Origin: a virus
IMG/VR virus record: IMGVR_UViG_3300046804_004006
Location: 1-64,000 of that record
Length of the DNA: 64,000 nucleotides
Strand: one strand, 5' to 3'
In this document: positions 45,901 to 53,665 of the stretch, one piece after another
Layout: every line of letters begins with the position of its first letter
Numbering within the stretch: position 1 is the stretch's first letter
The notes under the pieces: model-generated
The model's input: the letters and a program-made list of their open reading frames with translations, nothing else
Told to the model about the DNA's origin: nothing
Databases searched by the model: none
Made by a program: the position numbers and the translations under genes

Positions 45901-47429
45901 AATTCTCACTAGTTTCTATAGCAAGCACAAACTTATTAATCTTAGATAATGTTCAAGGAGAATTTGTTGTTGGATCAGCAAAAACAATCCAGTATGTAAA
46001 TAGTTCTGGAATAACAACTACCCTTAATAATTCCACAGGTGGTAATGTTCAAATATCAACTATTGATGTTGATAGTGATGGTCTTCATATTCAAGTTAAC
46101 CACCAAAATCACGGAATGTATTTTTCAGATAATTTGGTAAAAATTTCTGGAGTTTTGCCGGATATTATTCCAACAAAGTTAAATGTAGAATATGATGCAT
46201 CATCAACTAGTCCGATTTCTGTCGTCGATGCATCATCATTCACTACATTTGAAAATGTTGGTGTCGGAACAACAAATGCAGGATTCTTACTAATTGGAGA
46301 TGAGATTATAAAGTATACTTCCGTATCCGGTAATCTTATTGGCGGAGATATTGAAAGAGGTTCAAATCCAATTACATATCCAACAGGAACTCCTGTTTAT
46401 AAATATGAACTTGGTGGAATAAATCTTTCAAGAATAAATAAAACTCACGATTTAAATGATGTAACAATTGATAATCCAATTACATTTGATTCTTATTATA
46501 TTAAACTTGATACCTCTGAAAAGTTTGATGTAGACAATGACGATAGAAGTGACGATACCGGTTACCCAAAACTTTATATCAATAAAACAAAATCTTCTGG
46601 TGGATATAATGTAAGATCTTCTCAAAATATTCCCTTTGAGATAATAACACCTATGGTTCAAAATCTTACTGTTCGTGGCACAACTATCAGTGCTGAAGTT
46701 AGAACAGTAACTGGTAGAAGCATCAGTGGCAATGAGGTTCCTTATCAAGATAGTGGATTTGAATCAGTTGTTTTAAATCAATCAAATTATTTGGATTCTC
46801 CAAGAATAATTTGTTCAGATGTAAATGAAGTTGAGCAACTTTCATCTATTCCAGAAAATAAGTCTATGAACTTACGTTTGTTTATGAGCACTACAGATAC
46901 TAGAGTATCTCCAGTGGTTGACGCTCAGAGGATTAGTACTATTTTAACATCAAATAGAGTCAATAGTGTGATCACTAATTATGCCACTGATAATAGAGTA
47001 AATGGGATTGAAACAGATCCCACATCTTGCCAATACATATCTAAAGAAATTGTTTTAGAAAACTCCGCTTCATCCATAAAAATTGTATTGAACGCTTATA
47101 TTAATGATAAATCTGATATTAGAGCATTTTATGCGACTAATAATTCTCAAGGATTTGATCCGATATTTATTCCTTTCCCAGGATATTCGAATTTAAATTC
47201 AAATAAACAAATCATTTCCCTAGAAAATAGTAATGGTCAATCTGATATTCTCATTTCGAAATCTAATAGTTATGATTTTGATAGTAGTTCCTTAGACTTT
47301 AAAGAATACACTTTCACTGCTGATAACTTGTCTGCGTTTAGATCATATAGAATTAAATTGCTACTAACATCAACTAGTCAGGTGTATGTTCCAAGAATAA
47401 AAGATTTGAGAGTAATTGCTTTAGCATGA
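39960..47429 (+). CDS. VrlC-like / DUF4815 large virion structural protein
   Basis: TNLNVAPYFDDFD...VLFKPGYPVQARELTTLQS; RFKSGFFVDNF; DPLAQSF. Confidence 0.8.
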   Translation: MSQQTNLNVAPYFDDFDPNNDYYRVLFKPGYPVQARELTTLQSILQNQIEKFGQHFFKEGARVIPGNIGYNRLYYAVQLNNTYLGVPVSAYADQLVGSKILGQTSGVSAYVDKVLLPQDSENGNLTLYVNYINSSIQNNNTQQFSDGETLVCDRVIASGLLGNTTIEANSPFASTLSTNATATGSCFSITNGVYFVRGNFVNVETETLILDQYTNSPNYRVGLFISEEIINSNIDESLNDNSQGYNNYASPGADRLKISVGLFKKSLNDFDDTNFIELATIQDGVLKSTNNFTSSQNSIFNTELNNALARRTYDESGDYCVRPYEVTILESLNDNLGNRGVFDKGQITYGGMTPTDNLSVYKISPGKSFVRGYEIETLNSTFIDVEKPRTTKTLESQSINYNTGPTLKLNRVYGTPEVGFGNTYVLSLRDSRVGVSSTSPAGNEIGVARVYDFRLESGSYNSSNSNINQWNISLFDVQTITNITLNVSSTFSVPTFVKGNNSGATGFLKDSVTVGTALTLYEVKGSFIPNESLSFNGVNDGRIAIAVTSYGISDIKSVRGVVGSGSTFTADVIQTPSFLVGIATITPFSGVSTVRSSNTAFPGNIVKIGDIVRYSNLSASADPTLATVVSVGSSTVQIVGVTTVTGVASGTISTTSVTSVTDLQILSTSLESSSDNTLYTKLPKNNISSVDLTGASLTIRKVYNVEISANKINTISAGQNEIFLPFDEERYSLIRSDGATEPLSSDKMVFTEGGTQLKIYNLGSNSSAKLITTLRKSNPTSKIKVKNRVNSIIVSNSKYSGSGIGSTTLGNGLTSGSYPFGTRVEDDIISLNTPDIIEIHGIFESVDNSDPSAPKISLTSIRSSSTTTAELLIGELLIGQTSGSIAICVEKINDSDISFIYKNNNRFKEGETVVFQESNVSAIISTLSSPSFEISSNYKFDNGQNSTFYGYGSIVRKPFSYEPTKKIKVYFSNAYYDATDNGDVTTIASYNQFNYSKEIQSVDGISNSDIIDIRPRVSSYSVTENSRSPLEFYGRLFNGAGNSASNILSSEESILTTFSYYLGRIDRIFLSKNGTFQVKYGTPAENPRKPIPVDDALEIATISLPPYLYNVSQASIQFLDHKRYQMTDIKQIENRLKNLEYYTALSILESNTVNLFVPDSDGFNRFKSGFFVDNFSTFKSQDETIEINNSIDVKNKELRPKHYTESIDLIFGPIVGANQSADLAFSPIEGINVRKSSDIVTLEYGEVEWIKQTSSTRSESITPFLIPFWQGTIEMTPSSDTWVDTATFDSKITQFGESCTETFSKISKTKNINEQSGFASILWNSWGTNWVGVDISEDSNEKINSVKVNNQFGRLLTKSNTSTTVLQDNKKEARQTPLDSKKYFRSILSDQFDTTSIGDRIISRDLISYIRSRNIQFISKKLKPSTQLYAFFDGVNVTRYCIPKLLEISMISGTFEVGEDVIGTSLDTGLGPNLNKFSPKITFRVAQSNHKEGEYDNPTTTYSNNPYTNQILPESYSSTSTILNIDTFSLANQTQGQYGGWIESGMSLVGKTSGARATITNVRLITDLSSTLIGNFFIPDPNNINHPRFEAGPKTFTLTNDEQNNQNASSTVAEESFIASGILEITQDNVISVRNTRVENKQVFESSNTSRTLGTETVFGKQGNSFNTNAIVGWYDPLAQSFLVEDETGIFLTKCEVFFSSKDDMDIPVSLQLRTMKNGTPSQKVLPLSEIVLNPTDVNTSNDGSVATTFEFKAPVYLEGGQEYAICLSSNSTKYSVYVSRVGEIDLLTQTLISNQPYLGFLFKSQNTSSWEASQWEDLKFTLYRAEFINSGSVELYNPKLNEGNGQTPILSPNPLILNSRKIRIGIGSTLQDSGLLIGNTILQKGTNASGNLTGFAGIATGTLSISNSGIGYTPSSGGLTFNNVNLSTITGKGKGAIANITISNGVAVAATVVSGGYGYQVGDVLGITSIGASPAGRDSKFSLVSIASTNLLILDNVQGEFVVGSAKTIQYVNSSGITTTLNNSTGGNVQISTIDVDSDGLHIQVNHQNHGMYFSDNLVKISGVLPDIIPTKLNVEYDASSTSPISVVDASSFTTFENVGVGTTNAGFLLIGDEIIKYTSVSGNLIGGDIERGSNPITYPTGTPVYKYELGGINLSRINKTHDLNDVTIDNPITFDSYYIKLDTSEKFDVDNDDRSDDTGYPKLYINKTKSSGGYNVRSSQNIPFEIITPMVQNLTVRGTTISAEVRTVTGRSISGNEVPYQDSGFESVVLNQSNYLDSPRIICSDVNEVEQLSSIPENKSMNLRLFMSTTDTRVSPVVDAQRISTILTSNRVNSVITNYATDNRVNGIETDPTSCQYISKEIVLENSASSIKIVLNAYINDKSDIRAFYATNNSQGFDPIFIPFPGYSNLNSNKQIISLENSNGQSDILISKSNSYDFDSSSLDFKEYTFTADNLSAFRSYRIKLLLTSTSQVYVPRIKDLRVIALA

Positions 47430-47430
47430 T

Positions 47431-47658
47431 ATGAATTATTCGAAAATAGACGGTCACAGTGACTTATTGAGAGATTCAAATACAAATTCAATTATAAACA
47501 CAAATTTATCCGAATACGAACAATATATTGCTAGACGTGAGGCAAAGGAACAAAAGAATCTTAAGATACAGTCAATAGAGGATGAAGTTGCTAATATTAA
47601 AAATGATATTGATGAAATTAAATTTTTATTAAAGGAGTTATTAAATGGATCCAAATGA
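47431..47658 (+). CDS. small coiled-coil protein conserved downstream of VrlC-like gene
   Basis: KIDGHSDLLRD..TNSIIN...DIDEIKFLL. Confidence 0.75.
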   Translation: MNYSKIDGHSDLLRDSNTNSIINTNLSEYEQYIARREAKEQKNLKIQSIEDEVANIKNDIDEIKFLLKELLNGSK

Positions 47659-47824
47659 AATTACATTAGAAAATCTAAGTAAAAGTTTTGAATATTTTAA
47701 GTTTGCATCAGAAATTGACAATATCGATGATATTGAAAATCTAAAAAATATTGCAAAATCTTATTTCAAATTATATTTGAAACAACAAGAAGTTTTGTTG
47801 AACTTAGATAGCACTCTAAAATAA
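47645..47824 (+). CDS. small protein (59 aa), possible NblA-like
   Basis: Read manually: MDPNEITLENLSKSFEYFKFASEIDNIDDIENLKNIAKSYFKLYLKQQEVLL. Confidence 0.55.
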   Translation: MDPNEITLENLSKSFEYFKFASEIDNIDDIENLKNIAKSYFKLYLKQQEVLLNLDSTLK

Positions 47825-47856
47825 TTTCATAAATATCTTTAGGTAAAAGTAGATAA

Positions 47857-48711
47857 ATGGCGCAACCTACTACTAGGCAAGAACTAATAAATTACTGCAA
47901 ACGAAAACTGGGTGCGCCAGTTTTGGAAATTAATGTTGCAGATGAACAAATTGAAGATTTAGTTGATGATGCCATCCAATTTTTTCAGGAAAGGCATTTT
48001 GATGGAGTATATCCGACTTTTTATAAGTACAAGGTTACCCAAGATGATATAGATAGAGGAAGAGCTGGATACGCAAGCAATGCTAAAAGTGCGGTTGGTA
48101 TAGCATCCACTAGTGCAACTACAAATATAGTTGGAACTGCAACAACATTTACTTTTTATGAAAATAGCAATTATTTGCAAATTCCACCAAACGTAATCGG
48201 CGTTAATAAAATATTCACTTTTGATAGTTCAAATACTATCACCCACAATATGTTCAGTGTTAAGTACCAGTTATTTTTGAATGACATTTACTATTGGGGA
48301 ACTACTGAACTTTTAAGTTATGCAATGGTTAAAACTTACTTAGAAGATTTAGATTTCTTATTAAATACACAAAAACAAATAAGATTTAATAAAAGACAAG
48401 ATAGATTATATTTGGACATTGATTGGAGTTCTGTTACTGATAACTACTATTTTATTGTTGATTGTTATGCGACATTAGATCCAAATGATTATTCTAGGGT
48501 TTGGAATGATTCTTTCTTAAAGCCATATTTAACATCTTTAATTAAAAAGCAATGGGGACAAAATATGATGAAATTTACAGGTGTTAAACTTCCCGGTGGA
48601 GTTGAACTTAACGGGAGGCAAATGTATGATGATGCCCAAAGAGAAATAGACATTTTAATGGAAAAAATGTCTAGTACTTATGAGCTTCCTCCATTAGATA
48701 TGATTGGATAA
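47857..48711 (+). CDS. gp13: neck protein gp13
   Basis: LGAPVLEINVADEQ...F.ERHFDG...KKQWGQN..KF.GVKLPGGVELNG. Confidence 0.92.
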   Translation: MAQPTTRQELINYCKRKLGAPVLEINVADEQIEDLVDDAIQFFQERHFDGVYPTFYKYKVTQDDIDRGRAGYASNAKSAVGIASTSATTNIVGTATTFTFYENSNYLQIPPNVIGVNKIFTFDSSNTITHNMFSVKYQLFLNDIYYWGTTELLSYAMVKTYLEDLDFLLNTQKQIRFNKRQDRLYLDIDWSSVTDNYYFIVDCYATLDPNDYSRVWNDSFLKPYLTSLIKKQWGQNMMKFTGVKLPGGVELNGRQMYDDAQREIDILMEKMSSTYELPPLDMIG

Positions 48712-48714
48712 TAT

Positions 48715-50121
48715 ATGCTTAATCCCTTTTTCCTTCAAGGTTCTAAAACAGAGCAAGGTCTTATTCAAGACTTAATCAATGAGCAACTAAGAATGTATGG
48801 TGTTGAGGTTTATTATTTGCCAAGAAAATATGTTACAGAAAAAACTGTGATTAGAGAATTAATTGAATCCAGTTTTGAAAGTGCGTATCCAATAGAAGCA
48901 TATGTTAATACCTATGAAGGATATGGAGATAATCCAACAATTTTATCAAAATTTGGAATTCAAGCATTAAATGAAATAACCTTAACAATATCAAGAGAAA
49001 GATTTAAAAATTATATTTCTCCTTTAATTAAAGATAAATCAAATATAAAGTTATCAACAAGACCAAAAGAGGGAGATCTAGTTTATTTTCCTTTAGGCGA
49101 CAGGTTATTTGAAATAAAATATGTTGAACATGAAAAACCTTTTTATCAGTTACAAGGATTATATACATATGAATTGAGATGCGAACTCTTTAGATATGAA
49201 GACGAAGTAATAGAAACAGGCATCGAAGAGATTGATGATAATATCAATGGTACAGGTGAAGAGGAGACAAAACCTGTTGGGGTAGTTCAAAAACTTATCA
49301 TGGTTGGCACCGCAGTAACAGCGACTGCTACCGTATCTATAGTTAATGGTGGAATTAGATCTATAACAGTCACTAACCGAGGAGGTGGATATACAAGCAC
49401 TCCAACTGTTGGTATTTCTTCAGCACCAAGTGGAGGTAAAACAGCAACAGCGATTGCAAAAATGATAGGTGGTATTGTTGTATGTAATGATAACACAAAT
49501 CCATCCGCACAGTCAGTTCAAAGTGTAGAAATAACTAACGCTGGATATGGATATACAACAACACCCGGAATAAGATTTATTGGCGGAGGAGGAAGTGGAG
49601 CTACAGGAATAGCATCAATAGGAAATGGTATAGTTGGAATTATAACAGTTACTAATTCTGGTTCTGGGTATGTTAATTCACCTATAATTACATTTACTGG
49701 AATATCGACAGTTTCTGCTGCGGCTACTGCTATTGTTTCTGCAGCGGGAACAATAGCAGCAATTCACATAACAAACTCTGGACTTGGATATACACAATCA
49801 CCTACAATTACTATAGGAAATCCATCAATAAATTCATCCGGAACTTTCATATTTAATGAAACAGTGACAGGATCTCAAAGTGGAACTACAGGAAGAGTTA
49901 GATCTTGGAATTCAACAACTAATGTTTTGGAAGTATCAAATGTTGATGGTCAATTTGTTGCGGGAGAAAATATTATTGGGACTGCTTCAAGTGCATCACA
50001 TTATCTAAGATCTATCGACACGTTAATAGTTAAAGATGGATTTACTGCAAATGATGATATAGAAGAAGAAGCAGATGAAATCGTAGACTTTAGTGAGAAA
50101 AATCCTTTTGGGATGCCATAA
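48715..50121 (+). CDS. gp14: neck protein gp14 with Gly/Thr-rich insertion
   Basis: EQ.LIQDLINEQLRMYG..VYY.PR, RPKEGDL, DFSEKNPFG. Confidence 0.9.
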   Translation: MLNPFFLQGSKTEQGLIQDLINEQLRMYGVEVYYLPRKYVTEKTVIRELIESSFESAYPIEAYVNTYEGYGDNPTILSKFGIQALNEITLTISRERFKNYISPLIKDKSNIKLSTRPKEGDLVYFPLGDRLFEIKYVEHEKPFYQLQGLYTYELRCELFRYEDEVIETGIEEIDDNINGTGEEETKPVGVVQKLIMVGTAVTATATVSIVNGGIRSITVTNRGGGYTSTPTVGISSAPSGGKTATAIAKMIGGIVVCNDNTNPSAQSVQSVEITNAGYGYTTTPGIRFIGGGGSGATGIASIGNGIVGIITVTNSGSGYVNSPIITFTGISTVSAAATAIVSAAGTIAAIHITNSGLGYTQSPTITIGNPSINSSGTFIFNETVTGSQSGTTGRVRSWNSTTNVLEVSNVDGQFVAGENIIGTASSASHYLRSIDTLIVKDGFTANDDIEEEADEIVDFSEKNPFGMP

Positions 50122-50169
50122 ACCATAAATAAAAGTTATTATGATTAATTAATAGGAATTATAAAAAGT

Positions 50170-51171
50170 ATGTTTGAGTATTTTTATCACCAAATTTTAA
50201 GAAGAACCGTAATTGCCTTTGGTTCTTTATTTAATGATATTAGTATTAAACATACTAATAATAATGGAGTTGTAGTTAGTTCAATTAAAATTCCTCTTGC
50301 GTATGGACCAACACAAAAATTTCTTGCAAGATTAGAACAATCTCCAGATTTAAACAAACCAGTTCAAATTACATTACCAAGAATGTCATTTGAATTTACT
50401 GGGTTAACTTATGATTCAGCGAGAAAATCAACAACAACACAAACCTTTACCGCAAAATCTGCTACTGACGGAACAGAAACAAAAAAAATATATCTACCAG
50501 TTCCATATAATATGCAATTTGAACTTAGTATTATGTCTAAATTAAATGATGATGCTTTGCAAATTGTTGAGCAAATTTTACCTTATTTTCAACCGGCATA
50601 TACAATGTCGGTTGAATTAGTCGATGGTATTAATGAAAAAAGAGATGTTCCAGTCGTTCTTGAAAATATCACAATGCAAGACGATTATGAAGGAAACTTT
50701 ACAACAAGAAGAGTATTAATTTATACACTAAGATTTACTGTTAAAACATATCTTTTTGGTCCGATTTCTTCTGCAACAAAAGATATTATCAAAAAAACCA
50801 CAGTCAGTTACATTACTGGAGATACCACATCTTCTCCAACAAGAGAAGTTGTTTACTCTTCAGAACCAAGAGCAACCAAAAATTATACTGGAACTGTTGT
50901 AACAAATATTTCCAAAGATGTAACAACTGAAGACATATTAATCACTGTAGATAATGCAAGTTCAATTTCAACAAATACATATCTCGATATAGAAGGTGAA
51001 GAAGTTTTTGTAAGGTTAAAAACTGGAAATATTCTCACCGTAGATAGGGGTAGAGATGGAACTAATATTACATCACACTTAGCAGGTGCTCAAGTCAAGT
51101 CCATTACTACCTCAGATAACTTATTAATCGAGGATGGCGATGATTTTGGTTTTGGTGGATCTAATTCTTGA
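50170..51171 (+). CDS. gp15: tail sheath stabilizer/terminator gp15
   Basis: YFYHQILRRTVIAFGSLFN, LPRMSFE, PVPYN, EQILPYFQP. Confidence 0.92.
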   Translation: MFEYFYHQILRRTVIAFGSLFNDISIKHTNNNGVVVSSIKIPLAYGPTQKFLARLEQSPDLNKPVQITLPRMSFEFTGLTYDSARKSTTTQTFTAKSATDGTETKKIYLPVPYNMQFELSIMSKLNDDALQIVEQILPYFQPAYTMSVELVDGINEKRDVPVVLENITMQDDYEGNFTTRRVLIYTLRFTVKTYLFGPISSATKDIIKKTTVSYITGDTTSSPTREVVYSSEPRATKNYTGTVVTNISKDVTTEDILITVDNASSISTNTYLDIEGEEVFVRLKTGNILTVDRGRDGTNITSHLAGAQVKSITTSDNLLIEDGDDFGFGGSNS

Positions 51172-51177
51172 TAAGTT

Positions 51178-51609
51178 ATGAAAATGACAAAAAAGTTTGA
51201 CAAATTAAATGACACTTTTAATGTAAGTGGAGAAATAGTTTCTACTGAAGTGGAATCTTCGATTGAAAAAGTAGAAAAAATATCGTCAGGCGTGGATGAT
51301 ATTAAAAAGGACTATGAGTATACTAGGGGAAATTTATATTCAATAATTGAAAAAGGACAAGAAGCTATTAATGGAATTTTAGAGTTGGCGCAGGAAAGTG
51401 AAATGCCTCGCGCATATGAAGTTGCCGGTCAACTTATTAAAAATGTTGCGGATGCGACTGATAAATTAATGGATCTCCAAAAGAAACTTAAAGACGTTGA
51501 AGAAGAAAAACAAAAGGGGCCAACAACAGTTAATAATGCATTATTTGTAGGATCAACTGCAGAATTAGCAAAATTGTTAAAACAACAAACTCAAAATGAA
51601 GACATTTAA
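51178..51609 (+). CDS. gp16: terminase small subunit gp16
   Basis: DYEYTRGNL...PRAYEVAGQLIK...NNALFVGSTAEL. Confidence 0.9.
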   Translation: MKMTKKFDKLNDTFNVSGEIVSTEVESSIEKVEKISSGVDDIKKDYEYTRGNLYSIIEKGQEAINGILELAQESEMPRAYEVAGQLIKNVADATDKLMDLQKKLKDVEEEKQKGPTTVNNALFVGSTAELAKLLKQQTQNEDI

Positions 51610-51751
51610 ACAGTTTCAAGAAGACTGGAGTAATAAATACAAGAAGAGTATTGATTGCTCGAATCCAAAAGGATTTTCTCAGCGTGCTCATTGTGCCGCA
51701 AGAAGAAAGAGAGCAAAAGGTGAAGAGACTAAATCAAAACCAATTGAGTAA
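51596..51751 (+). CDS. small CTS-bearing basic protein (51 aa)
   Basis: Read manually: MKTFKQFQEDWSNKYKKSIDCSNPKGFSQRAHCAARRK; TAATG-coupled to next gene. Confidence 0.65.
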   Translation: MKTFKQFQEDWSNKYKKSIDCSNPKGFSQRAHCAARRKRAKGEETKSKPIE

Positions 51752-53649
51752 TGCCCCAAATCAAGTCACATAAAACAGTCGAACAAATTGCAAAGAAACA
51801 TCGTCTTGATGTTTCTTTCATACAAAAGCAACTTGATATGGGTGAACCCATCGAACATGAACATACAAAAGATCATGAACTTGCAATGGATATTGCACTT
51901 CAACATCTTGATGAAATTCCAGACTATTATACTCGTTTGAAAAAAATGGAAGCAGATGCCAAAAAGCATCATAAAAAATTTAAAGATGTAAAAGAAGAAA
52001 CTAAATCTGGAGATGAAGGTCTTCACGATTGGTTTAATAAATCAAAGTCAAGTGACGGTAAGAAAGGATGGGTTCAACTTGGAGGAAAGTGGGCAGGAAA
52101 ACCTTGTGCTCGTCAACAAGGTCAAACTTCCACCCCTAAGTGCGGAAGTTCTAAGATGAGTAAAACACTTTCTAAAGACGAAGAAGAAAAAGCAAGACGT
52201 AGAAAAAATATTCAAGACCCAAATCAACCAGAAAAAACTGGCGGAGCAAAACCAACTAACGTAAGAACTGAAGAGATGAATCTACAAGAAGTTAAAGACA
52301 AACCAGGTAAAAGTAGTGGCAAAAAAGATGCTTGTTACCATAAGGTAAAGTCTCGTTATAGTGTTTGGCCTAGTGCGTATGCATCTGGAGCACTAGTCAA
52401 GTGCCGTAAGGTTGGTGCAGATAACTGGGGAACCAAGTCCGAAGCAATGGAAGAACAAAGATATTGCCCATTATGCGATAAAAGAGAAACTAGATCCGAA
52501 TGTTCTTACGGGGGAAAGGCGTGGGATAAAGTTTCTGTAAAAGATCATGAGTATTCAATGGCTAGGTCTGAAATTGAATCTATTATAAATGCAGCAGAAA
52601 GACTTAAATCAAAAGTTGCAAAAGGTGAGGGCAGTCTCGAAGCATGGGTCCAGTCCAAAATAACTAAAGCTGCGGATTATATTGATACTGCAGCAGATTA
52701 TGTTGCTAGTGGAGAAATGGAAGAATCGGTTGGTTATAAAATAAATCCAGAATCTCATTCGTCGCAAAAATTATCATCAGCGGCAAAAAAAATTGATAGG
52801 ATGACAACAACACAACAAGCACAATTGCCACCAAAAGCAAAGCAAATAGTCGGCACAACTTTACCTAAATTTGAAGAAACCCTAGTTGATAAAATTACAA
52901 GTGAAATTGTAATCGAAAAATGCTGGCCTGGTTATAAAAAGAATGGTATGAAAATAATGTTTAGGAAAAGTTATCCAAATTGCGTAAAAGTAGAGGATGT
53001 AACTATTGAGGATGCAGATGGAAATACTTTCGCGGAAATAGTTGATATAATTAATCCTGAACTTATCAGGGGATTTAAGTCTCAAGTAGATGAGGCGACT
53101 AGGATGCAAGCACAAACCGGAAATGTAATTTCAGCGACTCTTTCATGGAGAGGAAAATATTACTCACTTAAATTGTTTTTCCCTCAAGTCAAACTTCCCA
53201 CTCGCAAAGAAATTAACGATGAGATTCAAAAAGTTTATCCGAATTGTAATTTAGTGTATCATTCTGTATCTGAACTTCAACCAGGACAACCTCTTATTCA
53301 GGCGTTTGGTCCACAAGGTGGAAGTTTTGCAAGTCCGGGACCTAGTAAAAAATATATAAAACCTTATGGCGAACAAGTGGAATTTGGGGAGGATTGGCAA
53401 TCAGTCAATCGTAAAGATAAAACTGATGGGTTAAGTCAAAAAGCGGTAAATGCATATCGTAGAGAAAATCCAGGATCAAAACTTCAAACCGCAGTAACTG
53501 AGAAGAATCCAAGTGGAAAAAGAGCACAACGTCGTAAGTCATTTTGTAGTCGTATGTCTGGAATGAAGAAAAGATTAACTTCGGCAGAAACTGCAAGAGA
53601 TCCAGATTCAAGAATCAATAAAGCACTTCGTCGTTGGAATTGTAATTAA
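51751..53649 (+). CDS. multi-module basic protein between terminase subunits (putative processed head protein)
   Basis: Chain of short modules (EHEH..DEIPDYY; KDACYHKVK..WPSAYAS; CWPGY; RRKSFCSRM) separated by EE linkers. Confidence 0.7.
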   Translation: MPQIKSHKTVEQIAKKHRLDVSFIQKQLDMGEPIEHEHTKDHELAMDIALQHLDEIPDYYTRLKKMEADAKKHHKKFKDVKEETKSGDEGLHDWFNKSKSSDGKKGWVQLGGKWAGKPCARQQGQTSTPKCGSSKMSKTLSKDEEEKARRRKNIQDPNQPEKTGGAKPTNVRTEEMNLQEVKDKPGKSSGKKDACYHKVKSRYSVWPSAYASGALVKCRKVGADNWGTKSEAMEEQRYCPLCDKRETRSECSYGGKAWDKVSVKDHEYSMARSEIESIINAAERLKSKVAKGEGSLEAWVQSKITKAADYIDTAADYVASGEMEESVGYKINPESHSSQKLSSAAKKIDRMTTTQQAQLPPKAKQIVGTTLPKFEETLVDKITSEIVIEKCWPGYKKNGMKIMFRKSYPNCVKVEDVTIEDADGNTFAEIVDIINPELIRGFKSQVDEATRMQAQTGNVISATLSWRGKYYSLKLFFPQVKLPTRKEINDEIQKVYPNCNLVYHSVSELQPGQPLIQAFGPQGGSFASPGPSKKYIKPYGEQVEFGEDWQSVNRKDKTDGLSQKAVNAYRRENPGSKLQTAVTEKNPSGKRAQRRKSFCSRMSGMKKRLTSAETARDPDSRINKALRRWNCN

Positions 53650-53665
53650 TAGGTAGGTTTTTGTT

